Assembly (NCBI GenBank): GCA_026134025.1
Contig: JAOQII010000002.1
Span: 6,008 to 70,007 of the forward strand
DNA length: 64,000 nucleotides
Direction of reading: 5' to 3'
Source: Candidatus Syntropharchaeum sp.
GTDB taxonomy: Archaea > Halobacteriota > Syntropharchaeia > Syntropharchaeales > Syntropharchaeaceae
Part shown: positions 54,051 through 63,695 of the stretch, piece after piece
Layout: each line of letters begins with the position of its first letter
How positions within the stretch are numbered: position 1 is the stretch's first letter
The notes under the pieces: model-generated
Databases searched by the model: none
What the model saw: only the letters and a program-made list of their open reading frames with translations
What the model was told of the DNA's origin: nothing
Translations under genes and position numbers: made by a program

Positions 54051-54839
54051 CTATGCTTTCCCTCTCACCCGCTCTAAAATTGCCTCTTCTTCGCAATTTA
54101 CGCCAAATTTCTTGAAATATCTGCAGATATTATGAACATCCCGCTTCAGGAATTCTTCTGCGTTCGGGTGATCCAGTGTCACACCCTGCCCTATATCGAT
54201 AAAAACAGGCATCGCATCCGTTCCATCCCCTCCTTCAACAAGGATATTGAACTCAGAGAGATCTGCATGAACGAGTGAGGCTTTCTGATAGAGCTTCGCG
54301 GTATAATCGATCACAATCTCGAAGAATGAAGCAGGATCTTCAAGCTGATCACCCACATCTTTCAATCTTGGTGCATGCATTTCACCTTTGCCGATAAATT
54401 CCATTATCAGGATATTTCGCTCTGAAACAATCGGCTCAGGAACTCTCACGCCGACTTCTTGCGCCCGCATCAAATTCTTGAACTCTTTTTTAGTCCATTC
54501 AAAGACAATAGACTTTTTAGAATGCCTGATATTTGCAAATCGTGGATCTCCCAGGAGATAATCCGTCATCGCCTTGAAGTTTGATGTTGTGATACGGTAG
54601 ATCTTTATGGCAAGTCCTCTTTCGGCCTCGCCAAGCGCATAGAAGACGTTCGCCTCTTTACCTGTGCTGATCGAGCCGCCCATCGCTGTGATGAAGCCTT
54701 TATTCACAAGCCTGTAGAGGGCTTCAAGTGTTGGTTTATCAAAGACATCCTCCTCTACTTTGAAATCTTCTACCCCCTGATCCCGTATATGGAGTTTTGA
54801 GATCTCTGCTTCGATCTTTCTGAAGATTTTATCGGTCAT
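54051..54839 (-). CDS. rio1: RIO1-type atypical serine protein kinase
   Basis: 'ISTGKEANVF', 'HADLSEFNIL' and 'IDIGQGV'. 262 aa with no N-terminal wHTH. Confidence 0.9.
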   Translation of the reverse strand: MTDKIFRKIEAEISKLHIRDQGVEDFKVEEDVFDKPTLEALYRLVNKGFITAMGGSISTGKEANVFYALGEAERGLAIKIYRITTSNFKAMTDYLLGDPRFANIRHSKKSIVFEWTKKEFKNLMRAQEVGVRVPEPIVSERNILIMEFIGKGEMHAPRLKDVGDQLEDPASFFEIVIDYTAKLYQKASLVHADLSEFNILVEGGDGTDAMPVFIDIGQGVTLDHPNAEEFLKRDVHNICRYFKKFGVNCEEEAILERVRGKA

Positions 54840-54853
54840 CTGTCACCTGACTT

Positions 54854-55153
54854 TTAAGCACCTTTAAGGTACCCTCTTTTCCTCAGCCATTCAACCTGTG
54901 GATGTGTGTACCTCCAGACAACCTCTGCCTTCTCATCCTGAAAGTCCCATGGTATCACGATAACAATATCACCTTCGCGCACCCAGACTTTCTTCTTCAT
55001 CTTTCCGATGATCCGTCCCATCCTCGTCTTACCGTCAAGGCATCGAACTCTGATCCTGCTTGAGCCGAGCATGCTCTCAACGACTCCAAGGATCTCGCCC
55101 TTATCCTTTCGCGGTGTCCTGACCCGTATTACTTCACCAGTTTCTTCTACCAG
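54854..55153 (-). CDS. eif1A: Translation initiation factor aIF-1A (start codon unresolved)
   Basis: '[65 protein letters not shown]' is the aIF-1A OB fold. The homology begins about 27 codons upstream of the first ATG (55072). No in-frame ATG, GTG or TTG lies between the stop at 55163-55165 and that ATG. Confidence 0.8.
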   Translation of the reverse strand: MVEETGEVIRVRTPRKDKGEILGVVESMLGSSRIRVRCLDGKTRMGRIIGKMKKKVWVREGDIVIVIPWDFQDEKAEVVWRYTHPQVEWLRKRGYLKGA

Positions 55154-55192
55154 TTCATCACCTCAGATCTAATCATAGATGTAACTCAAGGT

Positions 55193-55840
55193 TTAAACCT
55201 TTTCGGCTCTCCATCGAAGAAGCACCCCATCTCCAACCCGTTCAAGATCTATGAGTTCGAGTGGCATGAATCGATCATCCTTCGAGAAGCCATCGCCATC
55301 AACGAGCGTTGGGGCGTTCTTTCCGCCAATTACGAGATTTCCGATGAATGTATATATTTCATCGACGAGCCCCTCCTTCAAGAGCGACCAGTTAAGCGTA
55401 CCGCCACCCTCGACCATCAGACGGTTCAAACCCTGCCTTTTTAGTTCGATGAGCCCTGCTCTTAGATCAACTCGCTCGGTTCCAACAATTACGATCTCTG
55501 CATTCTCAGATAAAGCATTTATACGCTCAAGTGGGGCATTCTCTGAGACCAGGATGATACGTTTACCCTCTCCTTTATTGAGGATCTCAGCATCAGGCGG
55601 TGTTCTGGCGAGGCTATCTACAACGACCCTCACAGGATTTGGATAACCTTTTGCCTTCACGGTGAGGGACGGATCATCTGCAAGAATGGTTCCAACCCCG
55701 ACCATGATCGCATCAGCAGTGCATTTAAGCTCATCCACACGTCTAAAATCCTCTTCACCGCTGATTCTGACCTGAACTCGCTCTTTTGTCGAGATCTTAC
55801 CATCTGCGCTCATCGCGGCATTGATAAAAACAAAAGGCAG
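55193..55840 (-). CDS. 2,5-diamino-6-ribosylamino-4(3H)-pyrimidinone 5'-phosphate reductase (RibD C-terminal domain family; start unresolved)
   Basis: 'FVFINAAMSADGKIST' and 'RLMVEGGGTLNWSLL' are motifs of the DHFR-like fold. The first beta-strand lies upstream of the first ATG (55813), and there is no canonical in-frame start there. Confidence 0.8.
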   Translation of the reverse strand: MPFVFINAAMSADGKISTKERVQVRISGEEDFRRVDELKCTADAIMVGVGTILADDPSLTVKAKGYPNPVRVVVDSLARTPPDAEILNKGEGKRIILVSENAPLERINALSENAEIVIVGTERVDLRAGLIELKRQGLNRLMVEGGGTLNWSLLKEGLVDEIYTFIGNLVIGGKNAPTLVDGDGFSKDDRFMPLELIDLERVGDGVLLRWRAEKV

Positions 55841-55850
55841 TGGAAAAGTT

Positions 55851-57038
55851 TCAGAAATCGGTCATCACCCTGCGTTGATCTATCTCTTCTTTATTCAGGG
55901 CTTTGAGGAACCTGCGACAGGCTGCCTCGACATCCTTGCTCTTCGTTATCGCACGTCCAACGATAAGAATATCTGCCCCATTCTCCAGTGCGAGTTCAAC
56001 CGTATCCTCTGTTATTCCCCCTGCAACCCCAACCAGGATCTTTCCAAGCTCCTTTATCGCTTTGATGTTTCCCCAGGCTTCGGTAGAGCCTTCACCATAG
56101 AGTTCAACATCGATCGCACGGTGGAGTTCGACAACTTCGGGAAGTGTCTTTAACCGCTTCAAGACATCAAGAGGTTTCTCCACATTGAGCATATCAATAG
56201 CAGCATAGATCCCAGTCTTTTTTGCTTCCTCTATAGCCTTATCGATCGTCTCGATCGGTGCAAGCCCCGAAATCACGACAGCATCTGCGGTAACGTCAGA
56301 AGCCATCCTGGCCTCCAGATTTCCAGTATCCAAGGTCTTTAAATCTGCAACGATAAACGCATCGGGTTTTATCTCACGGATGCGGGCAACAATATCGAGA
56401 CCGTATCGCTTTATCAATGGCGTTCCTGCCTCGATGATTAAGTGATCGTTCTTTGGCACCTGGGCAAGTACCCTGGATGTCAAGTTCCAATCAGGTACGT
56501 CCAGAGCGATCTGGAGATATGGTGGATCCCATAGCTTTGTAACCCTGAATCCCATAACAGGATGGGTTGAACGATCCTTCTCATACAGCACCTTATCGGC
56601 ATCAGGAAAACCGCTCAGAGCACGCTTCAATGCAAGTTTCGTCGCACCATAGTTGTACCGATAGATCTTATTGTAATCTTTAGCCTCTGGATGAATAAAT
56701 ACGCTCGCAATAATCACCTGATCCTCTGCCTCCTCCTTCTGGATTATTCCCTCATCCATCGCATCTGCAATCGCCTTTGCAACACCTGTCTGAGCCGGAC
56801 CAAAGATCTTTGATGCCTGATCAAGGTTCTTGACCGTCACCTTTGGGACGATCAGCGTGGATGGCTTCACCGGGAGGTTTGGTCTGATCACAGCAAAGAG
56901 CGGTGTGTGACCTGCCGAGAGCTGTGTCATACCATTCGTAAACGCTGTACCGACCGGACCGCTTTTGCTTCCTATTACAAGATCGATATGTGCAAGCTCT
57001 TCGCCCTCACCCATCAATGCCTCGCCTACTTTAAACAA
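55851..57038 (-). CDS. fae-hps: Bifunctional formaldehyde-activating enzyme / 3-hexulose-6-phosphate synthase
   Basis: The N-terminal Fae part is '[31 protein letters not shown]'. The C-terminal Hps part is '[10 protein letters not shown]...ADLKTLDTG'. Confidence 0.9.
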   Translation of the reverse strand: MFKVGEALMGEGEELAHIDLVIGSKSGPVGTAFTNGMTQLSAGHTPLFAVIRPNLPVKPSTLIVPKVTVKNLDQASKIFGPAQTGVAKAIADAMDEGIIQKEEAEDQVIIASVFIHPEAKDYNKIYRYNYGATKLALKRALSGFPDADKVLYEKDRSTHPVMGFRVTKLWDPPYLQIALDVPDWNLTSRVLAQVPKNDHLIIEAGTPLIKRYGLDIVARIREIKPDAFIVADLKTLDTGNLEARMASDVTADAVVISGLAPIETIDKAIEEAKKTGIYAAIDMLNVEKPLDVLKRLKTLPEVVELHRAIDVELYGEGSTEAWGNIKAIKELGKILVGVAGGITEDTVELALENGADILIVGRAITKSKDVEAACRRFLKALNKEEIDQRRVMTDF

Positions 57039-57123
57039 GATTTATGCACCCCATTTTCTTGATCTTATCTTCACAGTGGATATATATATAATGTACGTTG
57101 AGCGATATCTGACAGGTGAATTG

Positions 57124-58455
57124 ATGAAGCGAAGCATACCGCCTGTTGGGATGTTCATAGGTGGTTGGGGGATGCGTCTCTCCACGATCACGAAAGCCGC
57201 GCTAACAAAGATCTTTCTTCCAATGCCCATACAGCTTGGTGATCGAGCTAAAATCGCAGAAGAACTACAGCGAGCGGTTTTTGAAACTTTGATGGAGATC
57301 ACCCATGAAGAGGATGTGAAGATACTGGAAGGAATCTCCTGTTTTGGAATACTTGAGGCGATTCCCTTTACCTGTAAAGCTGTGATCAAGATTATTGAAG
57401 AGGGCGAGGATAACTATGAAAACATCGAGCGCAAGGTTGAGGTACTGGTAAAGAGAAAAATAGAGAGCTTTCAAATGAGATATTCAAGAGATCTTGTCAG
57501 AGGACTTGAGCATAAAGTAGTTGAGGGAGATTTTTTGACAGCGTCGTACCCTGCACTCAAAGAAGCGTTATCCAGGATACCTGATACTGAACGGTTGTCC
57601 GCATTCTGGGGAGTATGGCGAGAGACATCGCTTCTTGCAGAGCCTTTGAGCATGTTGAGAGCTTCAGGCATCGATGAGGTTCATGCTGTTGTCGCCGATG
57701 ACCTGGCTGGCTGGTTCAATGCGATATGTGGTGGCAATACTGAAAAACCATCGATCGTTGGGATATTTGAAAAGAAGCGACGAGATACAGGGGGGGCGCT
57801 TGCAAACGCATTTAACGCTTTTGGAAAGCTCAATCTCGATCAGGATGATCCTGTGATTCTTATGAGCGGCGATATCTGGTTCAACTTCTTCCTGAGACCT
57901 GCTGTTGAGAGGCACATGAGAATACAGGAAAAGGTTGATAAGCCAATCTGCACCGTGATTCTATATCCAATCCTTGAGAAGGAAGCATACAGGTTTGGCG
58001 TGATAGATGCAGATTCCCGGGAAGTTGATGGAGGGTTATACCAGATCAAACGGTTCATCGAGAAGCCGCAACCCAGAACACCCGAATGGGATGAGAAGCT
58101 TGTTATTGGGGGAAGAGCACTCATCAACACGGGAATCACGATCTACTCTTATGGGATTCATGATGAGATCGAAGCGATCGACAGCTCTTACGGCGATGAA
58201 AAGTGGAGGGAGGCTGATGTTGTTTTAACGAAGCTTGCAGGGGAAGGTAGGCTTTATGGATACGATGTAGGTCTCCAGCAGGATAAAATCTCGAAGTTCG
58301 ATGGGGCATCGCTCTACTGGGCAGATATCGGGACGATCGATGCTTATATCAAAGAGATTACGAATTGGGGGGTGAATATCATGCCGTTATATCAGATAAT
58401 AGAGAAAAATGTTAAGATAAGAGATTATGCACGGAAAATGGGTCTGATCTGGTGA
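57124..58455 (+). CDS. Sugar-phosphate nucleotidyltransferase-family protein with an inserted domain
   Basis: 'GMFIGGWGMRLSTIT...KIFLPM' resembles the GGxGxRL loop. Later motifs are 'ILMSGDIWFN', 'YRFGVIDAD' and 'IKRFIEKPQ'. ATG 57124 lies downstream of the tatatatataa at about 57082. Confidence 0.7.
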   Translation: MKRSIPPVGMFIGGWGMRLSTITKAALTKIFLPMPIQLGDRAKIAEELQRAVFETLMEITHEEDVKILEGISCFGILEAIPFTCKAVIKIIEEGEDNYENIERKVEVLVKRKIESFQMRYSRDLVRGLEHKVVEGDFLTASYPALKEALSRIPDTERLSAFWGVWRETSLLAEPLSMLRASGIDEVHAVVADDLAGWFNAICGGNTEKPSIVGIFEKKRRDTGGALANAFNAFGKLNLDQDDPVILMSGDIWFNFFLRPAVERHMRIQEKVDKPICTVILYPILEKEAYRFGVIDADSREVDGGLYQIKRFIEKPQPRTPEWDEKLVIGGRALINTGITIYSYGIHDEIEAIDSSYGDEKWREADVVLTKLAGEGRLYGYDVGLQQDKISKFDGASLYWADIGTIDAYIKEITNWGVNIMPLYQIIEKNVKIRDYARKMGLIW

Positions 58456-58508
58456 AAGGTTAAAATATATGAGTCGTAAAAATAAAAAAAGAGCATAATC
58501 CTTAAAGA

Positions 58509-59069
58509 TTACGCTTCTCCTCTATTTCCTAATTTTTCGTAGGATACGAACGCTGTAACTTCTCTTCTTGGCGGTGCTTTCCCCTCCTTTGCAGGATGTC
58601 CGAGCGGTATCAACTCCACCACGGTGTATTCATCCGGGAGATCCAGCACCCTCTCAGCCGCCTTGAAGTCGAATAACCCGACATGAACCGTCCCAAGTCC
58701 GATCGAGTGGGCGGCGAGCATCAGGTTATGGATAGCAATGGCTGTATCAAACATTAGCCAGTTATCGCCTCTGTCTGTTGCTGGATTGCCATCATAGTAA
58801 CCAGATTTACCCTTAACAGCACACGCTACAAGAACGATCGGTGCCTGCGTGAAGGCTTTCTTCGCCGGGTTCTTTGTCGTCAGGGTCGCTGCAAGCTTCT
58901 CCTTGGTTTCAGGATCTTTCACAACGATAAACTCCCAGCACTGCGTATTTGCCCACGAGGGGGCCCAGCGTGCAGCCTCAAAGATGAACGCAAGATCGTC
59001 ATCTGTGACAGGTTCATCCGTATAGTTCCTGATGCTTCTTCGCCCTTTTATCGCTTCGATTAGATCCAT
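58509..59069 (-). CDS. Nitroreductase-family flavoprotein
   Basis: 'IEAIKGRRSIRNYTDEPV' and 'AARWAPSWANTQCWEF'. ATG 59069 lies 1 nt after the upstream stop. Confidence 0.8.
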   Translation of the reverse strand: MDLIEAIKGRRSIRNYTDEPVTDDDLAFIFEAARWAPSWANTQCWEFIVVKDPETKEKLAATLTTKNPAKKAFTQAPIVLVACAVKGKSGYYDGNPATDRGDNWLMFDTAIAIHNLMLAAHSIGLGTVHVGLFDFKAAERVLDLPDEYTVVELIPLGHPAKEGKAPPRREVTAFVSYEKLGNRGEA

Positions 59070-59070
59070 A

Positions 59071-60594
59071 CTAAAACTTGTCCTCCTCTCTGTACCATGC
59101 CGGGAACCAGCTGTAATACTCCGCAGGGTGCTCTTCCAGCAGTGCTTTGTATGTTGCCTTTGCAAGCTTTATCCTGCCTTTTTTATCTTTATAAAGGTCA
59201 ACAAGGTCTTTTTCTTCTAAGGAGAGGAGTATCTCATTCAGCTTCTCGTCATCGACATCGAATTCATCTTTTATGTCACTCGTAGCCATGTGAAGCCCTG
59301 GATTGGATCTGTAGTCTTCGCAAAGAAGCTCAATAAGTTTCTTCTCATCCAAATCCGTTCTTTTGCCTGTTCTCGGTGTCGAGATCGCTACACCAAGCTC
59401 CTCATCCATTACCCGCTTGTAATTGACCTCTAAATAATCTTTCATATCTCTAAGGCCAGCGCGGTATATCAGCATCTTCATGATCTCGTTCGTGCCCATC
59501 GTGATCTGATGTACCTTTGCATCCCGCAGTAGCCATTCAACACCGTAGAACTTCGTTAGACCATCTCCTCCCATGAGCTGGATCGCCTCTGTAGCAGATT
59601 TCACGAGCGCATCTGAAGCAAAGTTTTTTAGAATAGCACTCTCTGATGCAGGCTCCTTGCCCATATCGATCAGGTTTGCGACATGATACAGCATCAGCCT
59701 TGAAAGCTTAAAGTTTGTGATGATATCAGATAGTTTGAACTGGTTTGTCGGGAGGTCGGCCGTAACCTGTCCGAACTGGACGCGCCTGTTCATATACCAG
59801 ACAGGCTGTTTGATAGCTTCCCCCAGCATTCCGACAAGCATGCATGATCCTATCGTCCGCTCATAGTTTAAGCCTGACATCATCGCCATCCAGCCATCAC
59901 CGATGTTTCCGACCATATTCGCTTCGGGAACCTCGACATTATTCAGGCTCAGGACACCATTGGGGGTTGTATCAAACCCGATCAGATCATTTATCTTCTC
60001 AAGCTTGAAACCCGGCATGCCCTTCGTGACCAGGAAGGCAGATAGATGTTTGTATCTCTTCCTATCCTGTGGGTCGTCGCTCGTCCTTGCATAGACCATG
60101 TACCGATCCGCCACACCGGCATTTGTCGCAAATCGTTTCTTCCCGCTGATTATGTAGTGATCGCCTTCCTTCACGGCGATGGTTGCCGTTGCTGCTGCAT
60201 CTGACCCAACAAATGGTTCTGTGATGCATACCGCACCTATCTGACCCTTCGCTATATCAGGGAACCACTTCGCCTTCTGCTCCTCTGTCCCATAGACGTG
60301 GAGCTGGTGATTACCTCCAAGCGAACTTACAAGATATGTAAGCCCGATCGTTGGGAGTCTACTTAAGGCTTCGGTGACGATGCATGCTGCCGTCAATCCA
60401 GCCCCCATCCCACCATACTTCTCAGGGATATCCACACCAAGATAGCCTTTCTCACCAATCTTTTTCATGATGCCGTGTGGATACTCACGCTTCCACCATG
60501 CTCGCTCTGCTTCTGGTCTTATCTCATCGACAAAACTATCGATCTCATCTGAAAGCTTTATCTGCTTCTCGTTCCACCAGGGAAATTTTTCCAT
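59071..60594 (-). CDS. Acyl-CoA dehydrogenase-family protein with a C-terminal extension of about 115 aa
   Basis: 'CITEPFVGSD' and 'GKKRFATNAG'. The 'YEGT' position reads 'TMGTNEI', so the Glu is absent. A Glu is present in 'GLNYERTIG', the IVD/LCAD-type position. The tail includes 'LLSLEEKDLVDLYKDKKGRIKLAKAT'. Confidence 0.85.
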   Translation of the reverse strand: MEKFPWWNEKQIKLSDEIDSFVDEIRPEAERAWWKREYPHGIMKKIGEKGYLGVDIPEKYGGMGAGLTAACIVTEALSRLPTIGLTYLVSSLGGNHQLHVYGTEEQKAKWFPDIAKGQIGAVCITEPFVGSDAAATATIAVKEGDHYIISGKKRFATNAGVADRYMVYARTSDDPQDRKRYKHLSAFLVTKGMPGFKLEKINDLIGFDTTPNGVLSLNNVEVPEANMVGNIGDGWMAMMSGLNYERTIGSCMLVGMLGEAIKQPVWYMNRRVQFGQVTADLPTNQFKLSDIITNFKLSRLMLYHVANLIDMGKEPASESAILKNFASDALVKSATEAIQLMGGDGLTKFYGVEWLLRDAKVHQITMGTNEIMKMLIYRAGLRDMKDYLEVNYKRVMDEELGVAISTPRTGKRTDLDEKKLIELLCEDYRSNPGLHMATSDIKDEFDVDDEKLNEILLSLEEKDLVDLYKDKKGRIKLAKATYKALLEEHPAEYYSWFPAWYREEDKF

Positions 60595-60663
60595 ACCTTA
60601 TGCCTCCTTTGATCTCATTCGTTCATTAACATTTACTGAATCAAAAAATAAAGAAGAGAAAGC

Positions 60664-61455
60664 TTACTTACCCTTGAAGTCGGGCTTCCGCTTCTCGAGG
60701 AATGCTGATGTCCCTTCTTTGAAGTCTTCTGTTGAAGCTGCGGTTCCGAAGCACTCAGCCTCGTAGTATAGCGCGCGATCCAGATCCATCTCGATTCCTT
60801 TGTTCACGGCAAGCTTGATGATCCCTACCGTGGCAGCACTCAGGCCTTTGAGCTTCTTGATGTACTCATCAACCTTTGCATCAAGTTCATCAACAGGCAC
60901 GACACAGTTTATGAGGTTCAGCCTTGCTGCCTCTGCTGCATCAAAGAGTGCTCCCTGACCGAGCATATTGATCTCAAGTGACTTCGTCTTACCAACGAGC
61001 CTTGTCAATCGCTGCGTACCGCCAGCACCAGGTATTACACCGAGATTGATCTCAGGCTGGCCGAACGTTGACTTATCGGATGCAATCCTGAAATCACACG
61101 CCATCGCAACCTCAAGACCGCCTCCAAGACAGAACCCATTGATCTTTGCGATGATCGGGGTCTGCATGGCTTCCATCTCCCGGGTTATCATCTGAAGCCA
61201 CATCGACCAGTTGCGAGCCTCGATCGGGCTTTTTGATTGTAACTCCGGGATATCAGCGCCTGCGCAGAATGCCTTACCGCCTGTACCTGTCAGCACAACT
61301 ACCCTGATCGATTCGTCCGCCTCTGCGTCCTGCATTGCCGCTCTTACATCGGTCATGACAGCAGTGTTCAGCGCGTTCAACGCCTTTGGACGGTTTAACG
61401 TTATCGTTGCAACACCATCTGCCTTCTCATATAAAATATTCTCAAAATCCACCAT
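60664..61455 (-). CDS. Enoyl-CoA hydratase (crotonase family)
   Basis: 'VLTGTGGKAFCAGADI', 'GGGLEVAMACDFRIA' and 'FGQPEINLGVIPGAGGTQRL'. Confidence 0.9.
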   Translation of the reverse strand: MVDFENILYEKADGVATITLNRPKALNALNTAVMTDVRAAMQDAEADESIRVVVLTGTGGKAFCAGADIPELQSKSPIEARNWSMWLQMITREMEAMQTPIIAKINGFCLGGGLEVAMACDFRIASDKSTFGQPEINLGVIPGAGGTQRLTRLVGKTKSLEINMLGQGALFDAAEAARLNLINCVVPVDELDAKVDEYIKKLKGLSAATVGIIKLAVNKGIEMDLDRALYYEAECFGTAASTEDFKEGTSAFLEKRKPDFKGK

Positions 61456-61491
61456 TTATTTCACCTCCTCTTAAAAAAATAAAAGAGGGGT

Positions 61492-61896
61492 TCACTCCTC
61501 AAGACTCCAGAGTGCAGAGACCATCTCGCCTGCCGAGTACTTGTCTGCTGGTAGGACATAGTGGGTTGCCGTAACTCTCTTACCAATGAGATCCTGTGTT
61601 GCAGCGTCTGCATCAACATTGAGCCTGCCCGGAACCCATGGGCCCTCATCGGTCTCGACGATGCATGGGCAGTATGGTGCCTCAAACCCTTCAGGTGGAA
61701 CTCTACTCACGGTAAATGTCCTGAGCGTTCCCTTTCCACTGAGCTGCACAACCTCAAGATCCTCACTGCCACATGTATCGCAGACCTTCATCGGAGGACA
61801 GGTCACAGCACCACAACTCTTGCATTTTAGCCCCATGAGCTTATTTTCTCTCAGTCCGTTGTAGTAATCCTCTGCGGTCAGTATATATTCAGCCAT
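61492..61896 (-). CDS. Zn-ribbon/OB-fold DUF35 protein (thiolase-associated)
   Basis: 'LKCKSCGAVTCPPMKVCDTCGS' followed by an OB-fold region. ATG 61896 lies 1 nt after the thiolase stop. Confidence 0.8.
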   Translation of the reverse strand: MAEYILTAEDYYNGLRENKLMGLKCKSCGAVTCPPMKVCDTCGSEDLEVVQLSGKGTLRTFTVSRVPPEGFEAPYCPCIVETDEGPWVPGRLNVDADAATQDLIGKRVTATHYVLPADKYSAGEMVSALWSLEE

Positions 61897-61897
61897 G

Positions 61898-63088
61898 TTA
61901 CTTCCTCCTCTTCGAAAGACTGAGTACGATATGAGCAATCGTTCCGAAGTCTCCACCAAGTGTATCTGTCATACCAATCTCTGGGCCATCAACCTGCATG
62001 CCCTGCGGCATCTCGCCTCTCAACTGCTCGCAGATCGCATGAACCTGTGCTGCGCCTGTTGCACCAACCGGGTGACCTTTGCCGATAAGCCCACCTGAGA
62101 TGTTAGTCGGGTACGTTCCATCTATATCGGTGTCACCATCATCAGACGCTTTGGCGGCTGTTCCCCAGTCATAGAAGCCCATGGCCTCGAGAGCAATCGC
62201 TTCAGCCGGTGTGAAACAGTCATGAAGCTCGATCACATCGATATCACTCGGGGAGAGTCCTGCCATCTTGAGTGCCATCCGAGCCGATGCAACACGGGAC
62301 TTTGGCTTTGTAAAGTCTTTTTGTCTGAATAATGCACCTGCAGAGCCCTGCCCTGTTCCAACGATGTAAACCGGTGTGTCTGTAAGCTCCCTTGCAATTT
62401 CTGCCGTTGTTATGACAACAGCCGATCCACCATCAGAGAACGGGCAGCAATCATAAAGCCCAAGTGGTTCTGCAATCCTTGGGCCTGAAAGTACCTTCTC
62501 AACGGTGAGATCTCCCATCTTCCCATAGAACTGACCCAAAGGATTGAGCGCCCCGTACTTGTGGTTCTTGATCGTGACCGAGGCAAGCATCTCCATCAAC
62601 TTATCGAGTGGAATGTCATAGTTCACTGCGTAGAGCCTTGCAGCCATCGCAAACGCACCTGGGAACGTGTTACCTGTCACAGCTTCATACTTAGCATCTC
62701 CCCCCATCGCGAACGTCCTTGTTGCAAAAGGAGTACCCATCGTGAACGCTCGCTCGGTACCACCTGCAAGCACGATATCAAACTGACCTGATGCAACCCA
62801 CATCGCAGCATCTCTCACTGCAACGGTTGCTGATGCGCAGGCGCCCTCAAACCTTGTTGCAGGGATGTTCCCAAGCCCAATCTCAGCACCACCGAATCCA
62901 GCCATATTGACCTGCCCCTCTTCAAAATCACTGAATACGGTACCCAAAAAGAGGGCTTCTATATCCTTCTGGCTCAGACCTGATTTGTTGATTGCGTCGA
63001 TTGCTGCTTCTGCAAAAAGCTCGACATTTGACTTCGGTAGTTTACCAAATTTTGTCTGACTTGATCCAACTATCGCTACGTCTCTCAT
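61898..63088 (-). CDS. Thiolase (archaeal/SCP-x-type acetyl-CoA C-acyltransferase)
   Basis: 'FEGACASATVAV' (active-site Cys), 'ELHDCFT' and 'GKGHPVGATG'. Confidence 0.9.
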   Translation of the reverse strand: MRDVAIVGSSQTKFGKLPKSNVELFAEAAIDAINKSGLSQKDIEALFLGTVFSDFEEGQVNMAGFGGAEIGLGNIPATRFEGACASATVAVRDAAMWVASGQFDIVLAGGTERAFTMGTPFATRTFAMGGDAKYEAVTGNTFPGAFAMAARLYAVNYDIPLDKLMEMLASVTIKNHKYGALNPLGQFYGKMGDLTVEKVLSGPRIAEPLGLYDCCPFSDGGSAVVITTAEIARELTDTPVYIVGTGQGSAGALFRQKDFTKPKSRVASARMALKMAGLSPSDIDVIELHDCFTPAEAIALEAMGFYDWGTAAKASDDGDTDIDGTYPTNISGGLIGKGHPVGATGAAQVHAICEQLRGEMPQGMQVDGPEIGMTDTLGGDFGTIAHIVLSLSKRRK

Positions 63089-63215
63089 TTACTCACCTTT
63101 TTAATTATGAAAAACAATCGCCTCAGGTAGTTTAAAAGTTTTTCTTTTTGCCTGCTCTAATTTTGTAAGCCCAGGCGTAATTTTACATGATTGACAAAAG
63201 TACTTGATTACAAAC

Positions 63216-63695
63216 CTATCCAACTGTGACAGGGTCGATCACACCGTCTATCACATAATCAAATGGTATCACCTTCCGCCATCCCATTTTCTCAAAGCTT
63301 CCCATGAAACACAATCCCAGGATCCTCGCATGAATCGAGATCTTCTGAATCATCGCAAAAACATCCTCTGCTGTTGTGGGATACTTCGGCATCGAAAGTC
63401 CACCGAGGATCAGGATCACATCAGGATTCATCGGGTCAGCGTGGTCGTCTGTGACCCTGTACCCGATACCCTCAACAAGTTCCATCCTTCTTGCAGACGC
63501 AATATCAGCGTTGGCGATATAGATCATCTCAAAATCCTTATTTCTCACAGCATACGCAAGAAGCTCGGCAAGCGGTGTGCAGACCCCGATCGATCCCACA
63601 AATACGATCTTCGATCCAGATTTGAACTCCTTTACCAGATCCTTAAAGGCTGTGAGAATGCCTCCAATCCCACTGTAACCCATCTTTATCGCCAT
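63216..63695 (-). CDS. Conserved-looking hypothetical protein (159 aa; possibly a Rossmann-like fold)
   Basis: The ORF overlaps the upstream TrkA-C gene by 10 nt and has an ordinary composition. I cannot name a family with confidence. Confidence 0.5.
   Translation of the reverse strand: MAIKMGYSGIGGILTAFKDLVKEFKSGSKIVFVGSIGVCTPLAELLAYAVRNKDFEMIYIANADIASARRMELVEGIGYRVTDDHADPMNPDVILILGGLSMPKYPTTAEDVFAMIQKISIHARILGLCFMGSFEKMGWRKVIPFDYVIDGVIDPVTVG

Noticed and set aside
56965-57123. Upstream extension of the nucleotidyltransferase ORF
   Set aside because: It overlaps the 5' end of fae-hps on the opposite strand and spans the TATA-like tatatatataa. The GGxGxRL loop follows ATG 57124 directly.
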